64,000 nt of DNA from an uncultured Spirochaetota bacterium (GTDB taxonomy: Bacteria; Spirochaetota; Spirochaetia; SZUA-6; Fen-1364): the NCBI GenBank assembly GCA_963734545.1, contig CAVTHO010000004.1:416001-480000 (forward strand), in the 5' to 3' direction. Under the pieces are notes generated by a model. The model saw nothing but the letters and a program-made list of their open reading frames with translations. It did not search any database and had not been told where the DNA came from. The translations under genes and the position numbers were made by a program. This document shows positions 47,941-56,665 of this stretch, one piece after another (position 1 is the stretch's first letter; every line of letters starts with the position of its first letter).

Positions 47941-50145
47941 ATGAAAACGTCTTCGCTCATCGCGATCTCCACCTTCGCCGCATGCCTTGTCCTTTCTCAA
48001 TGCGCTCACACGGCCACGGCCCCAGCTCCCGAAGCCGAGGCCGAGGCTGACCACGGACCCCATGAGCTCAAGTGGGTCCAGGTGCCGCTTCGCACGGCAG
48101 AGCAGAAGGCCAGGGGCTATGCAGGCGGCGAGACAGGCCAGATGGGATATTGCGCGGCGATAAGCGAGGAAGATCCGAACTACCTCGCGATCGCGATAGA
48201 CACCGCGGCGGTGTATATCTCCCGCAACGGCGCCCGTTCCTGGGAGCTGAAGCGGCGCGGCATCATGTCCAACGGAGTGCAGTCGGTCGCGTTCGATCCC
48301 ATGAACCACAATGTACTTTGGGCGGCAGGCTTGAAATCAGCCACGGGCGTTGCCGAACCGTCTGATCCGGCTGCTGACGGGATATATCTCACGCGTGATT
48401 GCGGGGAAAGCTGGCAATTGATCCGCAACGCGATTTTCGTCCGACGGCAGGCCCAGAACGAATACTTCGCGTTCGATACGGAAAGCTTCGACGGCACGCA
48501 ATGCCGCACGCTGTATGCCGCAACGCACAGCGAAGGGCTGCTCAAGACGACGGACGCGGGTGCGCACTGGAAAGTGCTGGGCTTCCAGGACCAGTTGATC
48601 AATGCGGTCGTCCTGCATCCGGTGAACCACCGGCTCCTGTTCGTCGCAGCGGACACAGGCCTGTATCGAAGCGATGACGCGGGAGAGTCGTTCCGAAGGA
48701 TCGGAGGCGGACTGCCGGCAGGTGCGGCCATCCTGGGATTCGCGGCCAACTCGAAAGACCAGGACATCCTTCACGTGGCCCTCGGAGCGGATGGCATATG
48801 GCGCTCCAGGGATGGCGGGAAAAGCTTCACGCGCACCATGGACGGCATACCGGAATGGGCCATACGCGAGAAGTGGCCGTGGCTGCGCCTCTGCATAAGT
48901 CCCGCGGATCCCCGGCGGCTCTACGCGGACGCGCGCATGGGCGGCGCGTTCCCATACTGGTCGGACGATGGCGGCTCGAGGTGGAACGCGCCGGTGAAAC
49001 GGGAACCTGCCTTCTTCGACGTGAATCCCGCGGACCCGGTCCACTGGGACCCCGAAGGATTCGTGGCGCATCCTCGTGAGCCCAAGGTGGCGTTTCACAT
49101 AACCCCGATCCGGAAAACCACGGACGGCGGCAGGACATGGCTGTATGCGAGCGATGGGGTGAGCGGCTTCCGGCGCAACTTCCGGACCACCGTTGCTTTC
49201 CATCCGACAAATCCGCAGGAATTGGTGTTGTTCCACGGGGACTGGGGAAGCGCGCATACGACAGACGGAGGGGATACTTTCGTCCTCTGCCCGCCGCCGA
49301 GACAGTCCGAGCTTGGCTCCTTCAACATGCCTGTCGGCGCGTATGAGCCGGTTCCCGGCTCGCGCAAGATCATAAGCGCCATCGGCGGCAGCTCCCAGGA
49401 GAGCGGCATACAGCGAATCTGTGTCACCACGGACAATTGCAGGAGCTGGAAGATCCAGAAGGGCACGGAGGGCGACTACAGGTTTCTCGCATTCCACCCG
49501 CAGCAGCCGAAAATCGTGTACGCGGGCCGGGCGAATGACAGCCTGCGGAGCAGGGACGGCGGCGCCACGTGGACCAGGCTGCCGTATCCGATCCGGACGA
49601 TGTGCGCCGGCAATGGGGATATCGTGTACGCTCCCCGGGAGACCGCCACTAAAGGGCAATGGGAGGTTCTCCGCTCGGAAGACCAGGGAGAAACCTGGCT
49701 GCCTCTGCCGGGCAGGGTCCATACGTGGGATTTCCGCGAGATGGACGTGGATCCGAGAGACCCGGATCGGCTCTACGCGGCGAGCAGCTTCGGCGTTTCG
49801 GTGTTCGACGGCAGGGGATGGAGCATGCGGAACGAAAGACACGGCCTTGAAAAGAACTTCTTCGGAGACCTCAGCTTCATACCCATCGCGGTAGACCCGA
49901 CGAGGCCGGAGGTGATCTACGCCGGCCAGAACGAGAGCTGGCGCGGTATTTCGGCCGGCATATTCCGCTCGACCGACTCTGGACAGTCCTGGGAGAATGT
50001 CAGCCTCAACCTCGGACCGGAGCTCACCGTCTGGGCAATCAGCGTAAGCCCGCACGACGGAACAGTATGGCTCGCAACAGACTACGGAAACTGGAAGCTT
50101 CCGCCGGGACCCTACAAGAGCCCCGGCAGTATCGACCCCAGGTAG
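47941..50145 (+). CDS. exported BNR/Asp-box beta-propeller protein (GH74/VPS10-like)
   Basis: Signal peptide; many S/T-x-D-x-G-x-S/T-W repeats. Confidence 0.85.
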   Translation: MKTSSLIAISTFAACLVLSQCAHTATAPAPEAEAEADHGPHELKWVQVPLRTAEQKARGYAGGETGQMGYCAAISEEDPNYLAIAIDTAAVYISRNGARSWELKRRGIMSNGVQSVAFDPMNHNVLWAAGLKSATGVAEPSDPAADGIYLTRDCGESWQLIRNAIFVRRQAQNEYFAFDTESFDGTQCRTLYAATHSEGLLKTTDAGAHWKVLGFQDQLINAVVLHPVNHRLLFVAADTGLYRSDDAGESFRRIGGGLPAGAAILGFAANSKDQDILHVALGADGIWRSRDGGKSFTRTMDGIPEWAIREKWPWLRLCISPADPRRLYADARMGGAFPYWSDDGGSRWNAPVKREPAFFDVNPADPVHWDPEGFVAHPREPKVAFHITPIRKTTDGGRTWLYASDGVSGFRRNFRTTVAFHPTNPQELVLFHGDWGSAHTTDGGDTFVLCPPPRQSELGSFNMPVGAYEPVPGSRKIISAIGGSSQESGIQRICVTTDNCRSWKIQKGTEGDYRFLAFHPQQPKIVYAGRANDSLRSRDGGATWTRLPYPIRTMCAGNGDIVYAPRETATKGQWEVLRSEDQGETWLPLPGRVHTWDFREMDVDPRDPDRLYAASSFGVSVFDGRGWSMRNERHGLEKNFFGDLSFIPIAVDPTRPEVIYAGQNESWRGISAGIFRSTDSGQSWENVSLNLGPELTVWAISVSPHDGTVWLATDYGNWKLPPGPYKSPGSIDPR

Positions 50146-50789
50146 TCCAGGAACGGCTTCATGATCTTGAACATGGCTGCGCTTGACTGCACCACCGAGG
50201 GTGACAGCAGCTCCTTGTCCATCACCGTGTGCATCACCGTGATCTGCTTCAGCCGGAGGAGCTCGAGCTCCGGATGGTCGGCGGCGTAGCCCCGGGGCGC
50301 CTTGGCCAGTTTTTCTCCCGCCAGTCCGCCAAAGGCGGCAACAAAGTCCTTCTTGCCGATAAGCTTCTTCACAGTGGAGGCGTCCTTGTCCACTGCGCTC
50401 CGCCACCTGGCAAGCTGTTCCGTGGACGCATCGTGGCACCCTCCGGCCAGCATGGAGTGATTGCCGGGCGCGACATGGACATAGTAGGGGTATCCTTTCG
50501 ACTTCCGGCCTCCCGGGCCGATGGATGCTCCCATGTTCGTCTTGTACGGGCTCTTGTCTTTGGCGAACCGCACGTCGCGGTATATGCGGAACATGCAGTC
50601 TTTGGGCGCTACTCCTGCCAGGTCATCGAAGGCCGAGATCTCGATGATGAGGGCTGCCACGAAATCTTCGAATCGACCCAGGGCATTTTCATAGTCGGAT
50701 CTGTGCGCCTCGAACCACGCCCTGTTGTTGTTCTTTTCAAGCTGCCTGAGAAACGCAAGAACAGGAGCCAGATCCACGGCGTTCTTCAT
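50112..50789 (-). CDS. DUF2461 family protein
   Basis: FL..L..NNNR.WF, FRIYRDVRF.KDKSPYK. Confidence 0.9.
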   Translation of the reverse strand: MKNAVDLAPVLAFLRQLEKNNNRAWFEAHRSDYENALGRFEDFVAALIIEISAFDDLAGVAPKDCMFRIYRDVRFAKDKSPYKTNMGASIGPGGRKSKGYPYYVHVAPGNHSMLAGGCHDASTEQLARWRSAVDKDASTVKKLIGKKDFVAAFGGLAGEKLAKAPRGYAADHPELELLRLKQITVMHTVMDKELLSPSVVQSSAAMFKIMKPFLDYLGSILPGLL

Positions 50790-50860
50790 GTCCACCCCCT
50801 TTCAAATAGTATGGCGCCCTCCCCCACGGGTCGGCTATACTATCGTAAAAGGGGCTTGGC

Positions 50861-53449
50861 ATGGAAAAACTGAAGGTCTCCAACGGCATTTTCTGGGTCG
50901 AGGTGCCGGAAGCTGATCTCCGAATCCTCTGCGGATGCCCGGCGGACAGCGTCAAGCACCTGATGAAGCGCGGCCTCATTGCGGAGCGGCAGAAGGCGGG
51001 GGTCAGCTACGAGACCGGACCCAACGCCATCCTGCTGTGCGACTCGCCCATCCAGAATGGCTGTTTCACCAATCTCTCCGAGTTCCCCGTCCTGCAGATG
51101 CTCTACCGGCAGGGCATGATCATCCCCGGGCACCCGAACAATACCGGCCGGAAGCCGATGCTCATCGGCCTCGAAGACCAGGTGCGCTCGCAGGCGCAGT
51201 ATATCTTCCGCGGCAACTACGGGCTGGCGTCGGAAGAAGAGATCACGGCGTGCGGCGTGCCCGCCGAAACCGCGCGTGAGATGATGCGTATGAAGCGCTG
51301 GTTCGCATTCGGCAGGATCCGGGAAACCGAAGAGCTGTTGTCCATGAAGATCGTGGACAAGGACGCCATCGAGCTTGCGCCCGGCGTGTTTGTGCACAGG
51401 AGAGGAATAAACCGCTGGGAGTTCCTGGCCGGCGCCGAATCCCTGGAGGTGGATCTCAACCTGGGCCCCGGTGAGGAATACGAGGCGCCCTTCAACCTCG
51501 GTTCCCACACGCTGCGCCGTGAGTACTTCTCCGTGATCCACATCGGGGAAGGAGACGGATGGGACCCTTCCAAGCCCTGCATGGGGAGCATCCTCTGCAT
51601 CCAGGGCCGGCTGTACCTCATAGACGCGGGCCCGAACATCCTCCACACGCTGCGGGCCCTGGGCATCGGCGTCAATGAGATCGAGGGGATCTTTCACACG
51701 CACTGCCACGACGATCACTTTGCCGGGCTCACCTCCCTGGTGCGCTCGGATCGGCGGCTGCGCTACTTCGCGGCGCCGTACGTGCGGGCGAGCGTGGAGA
51801 AGAAGCTGGCTGCGCTCATGGGCATCGATCAGCGGCGGTTCGCGCGCCTGTTCGACGTGCACGACCTCGTGCCGGGAGAATGGAACGCGGTGGAGGGTCT
51901 GGACGTGCGCCCCGTGTTCGCCCCTCACCCGGTGGAGAACACGGTCCTCTTCTTCCGCGCGCTGGATGAGAAGGGAGTGAAGACCTACACCCACCTTGCG
52001 GACCTGACCTCTCTCGAGGTGCTGGATCAGATGGTGACGAATGATCCGGCGAAAGACGGGATATCCCCGGAAACCCGGGACCTCTTCAAGCGGGAGATGC
52101 TGGAGCCGCTGGATTTGAAGAAGGTGGATGCCGGGGGAGGCCGCATCCACGGAAAGCCGGAGGACTTCTCCACCGACTCCTCGAGAAAGATCATCATGAG
52201 CCACTCGGCTGTCCCGCTCACGGAGGCGCAGAAGGAAATCGGCTCGAGCGCGGCGTTCGGGCAGAGCGACGTGCTGATTCCCGTCCAGCATCAGACCTAC
52301 ATCCTGCGCTCCGCCCACCGCTACCTCAAGACGTACTTCCCCGAGGTCTCCCGGCACGAGCTGGAGATGCTGCTCAACTGCAGCATCGCGGCATTCAACG
52401 CCGGCTCCATCATGATCAGGAAGGGCGAGCGAAACACCGACATCTTCCTGATCCTGAGCGGAACGGCGGAGGTGATCGACAGGGAGGCGGGCTTTCACAG
52501 CCGGCAGGCTGCCGGGGCCCTTGCCGGAGAGCTCTCCGCGCTGTCGAACGAGGCCTCCCACCGGACCTTCCGCGCGGAGAGTGACCTCGCTGCCCTGCGC
52601 ATCCCCTGCGAGACGTACCGGCATTTCATCCGTAGAAACGGCATCGAGGAGTCCGTGCTCAAGGTCCGGGAGAATCGCCAGCTCCTCTTCAATACGCGGC
52701 TGTTCGGCGACATGGTCTCATTTACCGCTCAGCGTGAGATCGCGCGGGTCATGGAGAGACGGCAGATGGCCATGGGAACGTTTGCGCCGCATGACTCGAA
52801 GCTGAGCCTGTTCATTCTGGCGGACGGGGAAATCTCGCTCCTGTCGGACGAGACTCCCATCGAGGTCATCTTTCCCGGAGACTGCTGGGGTGAGATATCT
52901 GTCGTGGAGGGACTCCCGACAGTATGCCGGGCGCTGGCGTTGCGGGATTCGGTATACTACGCCATTCCCGCTGAATCACTGCAGGAGTTCCCCAGCGTCT
53001 ACCTCAAGCTCCTCGAGGTCTTTGACCGGCGCCTGAAGATCATCCGGACGAAGTTCCATTTCGAGTGGCAGGACTTTTACGCCGTGGGCGTTGCGGGCAT
53101 CGATGATGAGCACAAGGAGCTCTTCGGACTTGCGAGTGAGCTGTCGCGAATCTCGACCGCGGAGGGAGCGGGGGCCCGCCGCGAATTGTGGGTGGCGTTT
53201 CTCGAGCGGGTGCGCTCACACTTCAAGAATGAAGAGTCCCTGCTCGAAGCCCGCGGGTATCCCCGGCTGCCGGCCCAGCAGGCGGATCACCGGTTCCTCC
53301 TGTCCGAGCTGGAGGACGTCGTGAAAACGGGCAAGTCCGGTGACGCCCTGCTGAAGGACTGGCTGATCCGCCACACGCTGATCGAGGACCGGCTTTTCCA
53401 GGACTTTTTCGCGGAACGAAGGGTGGGCAAGAAAGCCCGTCGCAGCTGA
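50861..53449 (+). CDS. MBL-fold / 2x cNMP-binding / hemerythrin multidomain protein
   Basis: LCGCPADSVKHL, THCHDDH, two GE-containing cNMP domains, VGVAGIDDEH..HFKNEE..H...D. Confidence 0.88.
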   Translation: MEKLKVSNGIFWVEVPEADLRILCGCPADSVKHLMKRGLIAERQKAGVSYETGPNAILLCDSPIQNGCFTNLSEFPVLQMLYRQGMIIPGHPNNTGRKPMLIGLEDQVRSQAQYIFRGNYGLASEEEITACGVPAETAREMMRMKRWFAFGRIRETEELLSMKIVDKDAIELAPGVFVHRRGINRWEFLAGAESLEVDLNLGPGEEYEAPFNLGSHTLRREYFSVIHIGEGDGWDPSKPCMGSILCIQGRLYLIDAGPNILHTLRALGIGVNEIEGIFHTHCHDDHFAGLTSLVRSDRRLRYFAAPYVRASVEKKLAALMGIDQRRFARLFDVHDLVPGEWNAVEGLDVRPVFAPHPVENTVLFFRALDEKGVKTYTHLADLTSLEVLDQMVTNDPAKDGISPETRDLFKREMLEPLDLKKVDAGGGRIHGKPEDFSTDSSRKIIMSHSAVPLTEAQKEIGSSAAFGQSDVLIPVQHQTYILRSAHRYLKTYFPEVSRHELEMLLNCSIAAFNAGSIMIRKGERNTDIFLILSGTAEVIDREAGFHSRQAAGALAGELSALSNEASHRTFRAESDLAALRIPCETYRHFIRRNGIEESVLKVRENRQLLFNTRLFGDMVSFTAQREIARVMERRQMAMGTFAPHDSKLSLFILADGEISLLSDETPIEVIFPGDCWGEISVVEGLPTVCRALALRDSVYYAIPAESLQEFPSVYLKLLEVFDRRLKIIRTKFHFEWQDFYAVGVAGIDDEHKELFGLASELSRISTAEGAGARRELWVAFLERVRSHFKNEESLLEARGYPRLPAQQADHRFLLSELEDVVKTGKSGDALLKDWLIRHTLIEDRLFQDFFAERRVGKKARRS

Positions 53450-53450
53450 C

Positions 53451-53948
53451 CTACGCCTCCTTCCTGCTCCCGAACTCTATCTTTCCCTTCTGCGCGAGCC
53501 GGGTCAGGAAATAGATCGTGCTTTCCTTTGAAAGCTTGAAGTGCGCGGCTGCCTTGTCCACGTCCACCCCGCCTGATTCTTTCGTGAACTGGAGCATCTC
53601 TTCCTCGATCTGCCCGGCCCATTCGTCGAAAAGGCCGCGCACCTCGGGCGTGGCGAACCGCGCGGTCTGCGCGCCTTCGGTCATTGCGCCCATCATCTTT
53701 CTGCACATGTCCCAGGGCATTTCGCTGTCTGATTCCCCGGCTTTTCCGCCGCCCATCATCATGCGCATCATCCCCATTGGGCCCCCTTCGCCCATCATCT
53801 TGTGCATCATGCCCTCCATCATGCTGCTCTTTTCCTCGGCGGAGAGACCTTCCATGAACTTCTCCATCATGGCTTCCATCGCCTTCTGCTTTTCCTCCGC
53901 GGACATCTTGTCCATCATGCCGTCCATCATCCGTTCTTTGATTCCCAT
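53451..53948 (-). CDS. methionine-rich protein with C-terminal HTH-like domain
   Basis: About 28 Met in 165 aa, nearly all in the N-terminal half; AGGAGG SD. Confidence 0.8.
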   Translation of the reverse strand: MGIKERMMDGMMDKMSAEEKQKAMEAMMEKFMEGLSAEEKSSMMEGMMHKMMGEGGPMGMMRMMMGGGKAGESDSEMPWDMCRKMMGAMTEGAQTARFATPEVRGLFDEWAGQIEEEMLQFTKESGGVDVDKAAAHFKLSKESTIYFLTRLAQKGKIEFGSRKEA

Positions 53949-54226
53949 GGGATCCTCCTGAAACTGTTTAGTGACGCGGTGATCTTGCTGTCGGTGAGCC
54001 GGTAGAGCACAAAGGGCCCCTGTCTCGTTGTCTGCACGATCGAGACCTGCTTCAGGACCTTCAGGTGGTGGGACACGAGGGGTTGTGAGAGCTTGAGGGC
54101 CTTCACGACCTCGTTCACCGACCGCTCTTCCTTCTCCAGAAAGAAGATGATCCGAAGTCGGTTCACGTCCGCCAGGGTCTGAAAAAGCGCGCTCAGGGTT
54201 TCCAGCTCATTCATATAAATAGCCAT
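53927..54226 (-). CDS. ArsR/SmtB family repressor
   Basis: FQTLADVNRLRI, SQPLVSHHLKVL, Y.L. Confidence 0.92.
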   Translation of the reverse strand: MAIYMNELETLSALFQTLADVNRLRIIFFLEKEERSVNEVVKALKLSQPLVSHHLKVLKQVSIVQTTRQGPFVLYRLTDSKITASLNSFRRIPWESKNG

Positions 54227-54227
54227 A

Positions 54228-54275
54228 GATATAAATGCTCGTTGATATAATAGGGTCAGAAAGCGGATCTGTCAA
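54228..54275 (-). promoter_or_regulatory. sigma70 promoter with ArsR-type operator
   Basis: TTGACA-17 bp-TATTAT (54275-54247); imperfect palindrome ATATCAA-N6-TTTATAT just downstream. Confidence 0.75.
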
Positions 54276-54337
54276 GTCTTTTTTTCAAGCCCTGGCTTGT
54301 TTGACAGGCGGAAGCTTTCGTGTTAGCACTTCTGCAG

Positions 54338-55054
54338 GTGAGTGCTTTTCAGAAAGTGTACTTCGATCTGGTCTACAATCCGCTCTATGACGCCACCACG
54401 GCGAGGCTCAGCCGCTACAAGGCCCTTCAGCAGAAATGCCTCCAGGCGCTGGATCTGGAGGACGCCGGCAGCCTCCTGTGCGTGGGCCTCGGGACAGGCA
54501 ACGAGCTGGTGGCTGCCCTGCGGGCTGCCGCGCAGGTCAGGGTTTCGGGGATCGATCTTTCACCCTCGGCCCTGGCATCGAGCAGGCGGAAGCTGCGCCT
54601 TGCGGGCAGAACGGCAGACCTGCAGATCATGGACGCCTCCGCCATGCGCCACCCCGACGGCAGCTTCGATCGCGTGCTGTGCGTGCACGTCCTGGACTTC
54701 GTGGACAACCCGGGCCGGGCGGTTCGGGAGATCGTGCGCGTCCTGGCCCCGGGCGGCCGGTTCGTGATAACATTTCCTTCCCGGTTGGAGGGGCCCGCCC
54801 TTGGAGCGGCACTTGCGCGGGACGAGGTCCGCACCGCACTGCGCTCCGGCCGTCATCCCCTGGCCGTAGTGACGGATCTGCTGTTCAAGTTCATAATGGC
54901 CATTGTGTACGTGCCGCTGCTGGCGCGCAGCGGGCATCGCGTTTTTTCCGCGCAGCAGGTGCGCGCCCTTTTCGAGAAGCTGCCGGTGCGCGCGCTGGCA
55001 GTCGAGGAAGAGCGTGCGTACCAGGACTTCATTGTGACAGGAGAAAAGTCGTAA
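54338..55054 (+). CDS. class I SAM-dependent methyltransferase
   Basis: VGLGTG, GIDLS, MDA, FDRV, EIVRVLAPGG; TAATG overlap with GH3 gene. Confidence 0.88.
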   Translation: MSAFQKVYFDLVYNPLYDATTARLSRYKALQQKCLQALDLEDAGSLLCVGLGTGNELVAALRAAAQVRVSGIDLSPSALASSRRKLRLAGRTADLQIMDASAMRHPDGSFDRVLCVHVLDFVDNPGRAVREIVRVLAPGGRFVITFPSRLEGPALGAALARDEVRTALRSGRHPLAVVTDLLFKFIMAIVYVPLLARSGHRVFSAQQVRALFEKLPVRALAVEEERAYQDFIVTGEKS

Positions 55055-56665
55055 TGCTGCCCGAGGACGCCTATTTCAAGACCCTTGACAGCCCGGAGCT
55101 GTGGAAACGCTACTGCGGTTTCCTGGACCTGACCGTCGAGGACTTCATGCAGATCCAGCGCTCGCTGCTCGCGGAAGAGCTGTCCCTGGTGGCGGACAGC
55201 ATCCTCGGCAGGAAGATCCTCGGGGCCAGGCCGCCGCTCTCCATCGAGGAGTTCCGCCAGTCCGTGCCCTTCACGACCTACAGTGACTACGAGCCGTACC
55301 TGAGCGAGAAGCGCGAGGATGCGCTCGCCGCCAGACCCGCCGCATGGTGTCATTCCTCGGGCCGCAGCGGAAAGTTCAAATGGGTCCCCCACAGCGAGCT
55401 GTTCATGGAGAAGGCCACCCGCAACTGCATGGCGGCCCTCATCCTGTCCGCCGCGTCCCGCCGCGGCGAGATCGCGCTCGCGCCCGGCGTCCGGATCCTC
55501 ACCGTGCTTCCCCTCGCGCCCTACACATCGGGCACCATCTTCGAGCACGTGAGAAAGCGGTTCACCTTCCAGCCCCTGCCGCCGCCGGAATCCGTGGAGT
55601 CACTCTCCTTTCCCGAGCAGGTCAGCCGCGCCTTCCAGATGGCGCTCAGGGACGGGTTCGATTTTGCCGGTGCCATCGCCAGCGTGCTCGTGCGGATGGG
55701 GGCGCAGATGGCGGGCCATGCCGCAAGGACCTCGAAGCTGTCCCCGGCCGCGTTCCATCCCAAGGTGCTTTTCCGACTGCTGCGCGGCCTTGTCAGAAGC
55801 CGGCTCCAGAACCGGCCCGTGTATCCACGGGACCTGTGGAGCTCCCAGGGGGATCCTGGCCGGGGGCGTGGATACCAGCATCTACTGCGACGACATCGAG
55901 AAGTACTGGGGCGTCACCCCCTTTGACATGTATGTGAGCACCGAGACCCTGTTCGTCGCAATGCAGAGCTGGGCCAAAGCGCACATGACCTTCCTGCCGG
56001 ATTCGGTCTTCCTGGAGTTCGTTCCCCACACCGGCAGGGAAGGAGCGGAGCCGAGGCGGGACAGCGCCCTGCTGCTGGACCAGCTCGAACCGGGCGGCCT
56101 CTACGAGGTGATCGTCACGCAGTTCCACGGCATGCCCCTCCTGCGCTACCGCATCGGGGACGTGATCAGGGTGGTGAGCATCGGCGATGAAAAGACGGGA
56201 ATAAAGCTGCCCCAGGTCGAGGTCCGGCGGAAAGTCGGGGAGGCGATCAACCTCGGGAGCCTGTGCAACCTGGACGAGCGGGCGCTGTGGAGCGCCATCG
56301 CGGCCTCGGGCATTCCCTATGCCGAGTGGACGGCCCTGAAGGAGTACGATCATCATCAGACGTTTCTCCGGCTGATCATCGAGCTGAAGGCGCCCTGCAC
56401 CGCGAAAGAGGTCAGCCGGCTCGTGCACGATGAGCTGAAGAAGGTGGACCTGGACTACGAGGACGTCGAAAGGTTTCTCGGGCTCAACCCGGTCCGCACG
56501 ACCATCATCTCCGCGGGGAGCTTTGCGCGCTATGTCGAGGCGAGGATCCGCGAAGGTGCCGTGCTCTCCCACCTGAAGCCCGCGCACGTGAACCCATCGT
56601 CCGAGATGCTCAAACTGCTGCTCGGTGTGGGCTCGATAGTGGATGAGGAGAGACTGCGACAATGA
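55054..56665 (+). CDS. GH3 family acyl-acid amido synthetase (adenylating enzyme); frameshift near 55845
   Basis: VPFTTYSDY, SSGRSGKFKWVP, YVSTE, LLRYRIGD (three GH3/ANL motifs). Confidence 0.85.
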
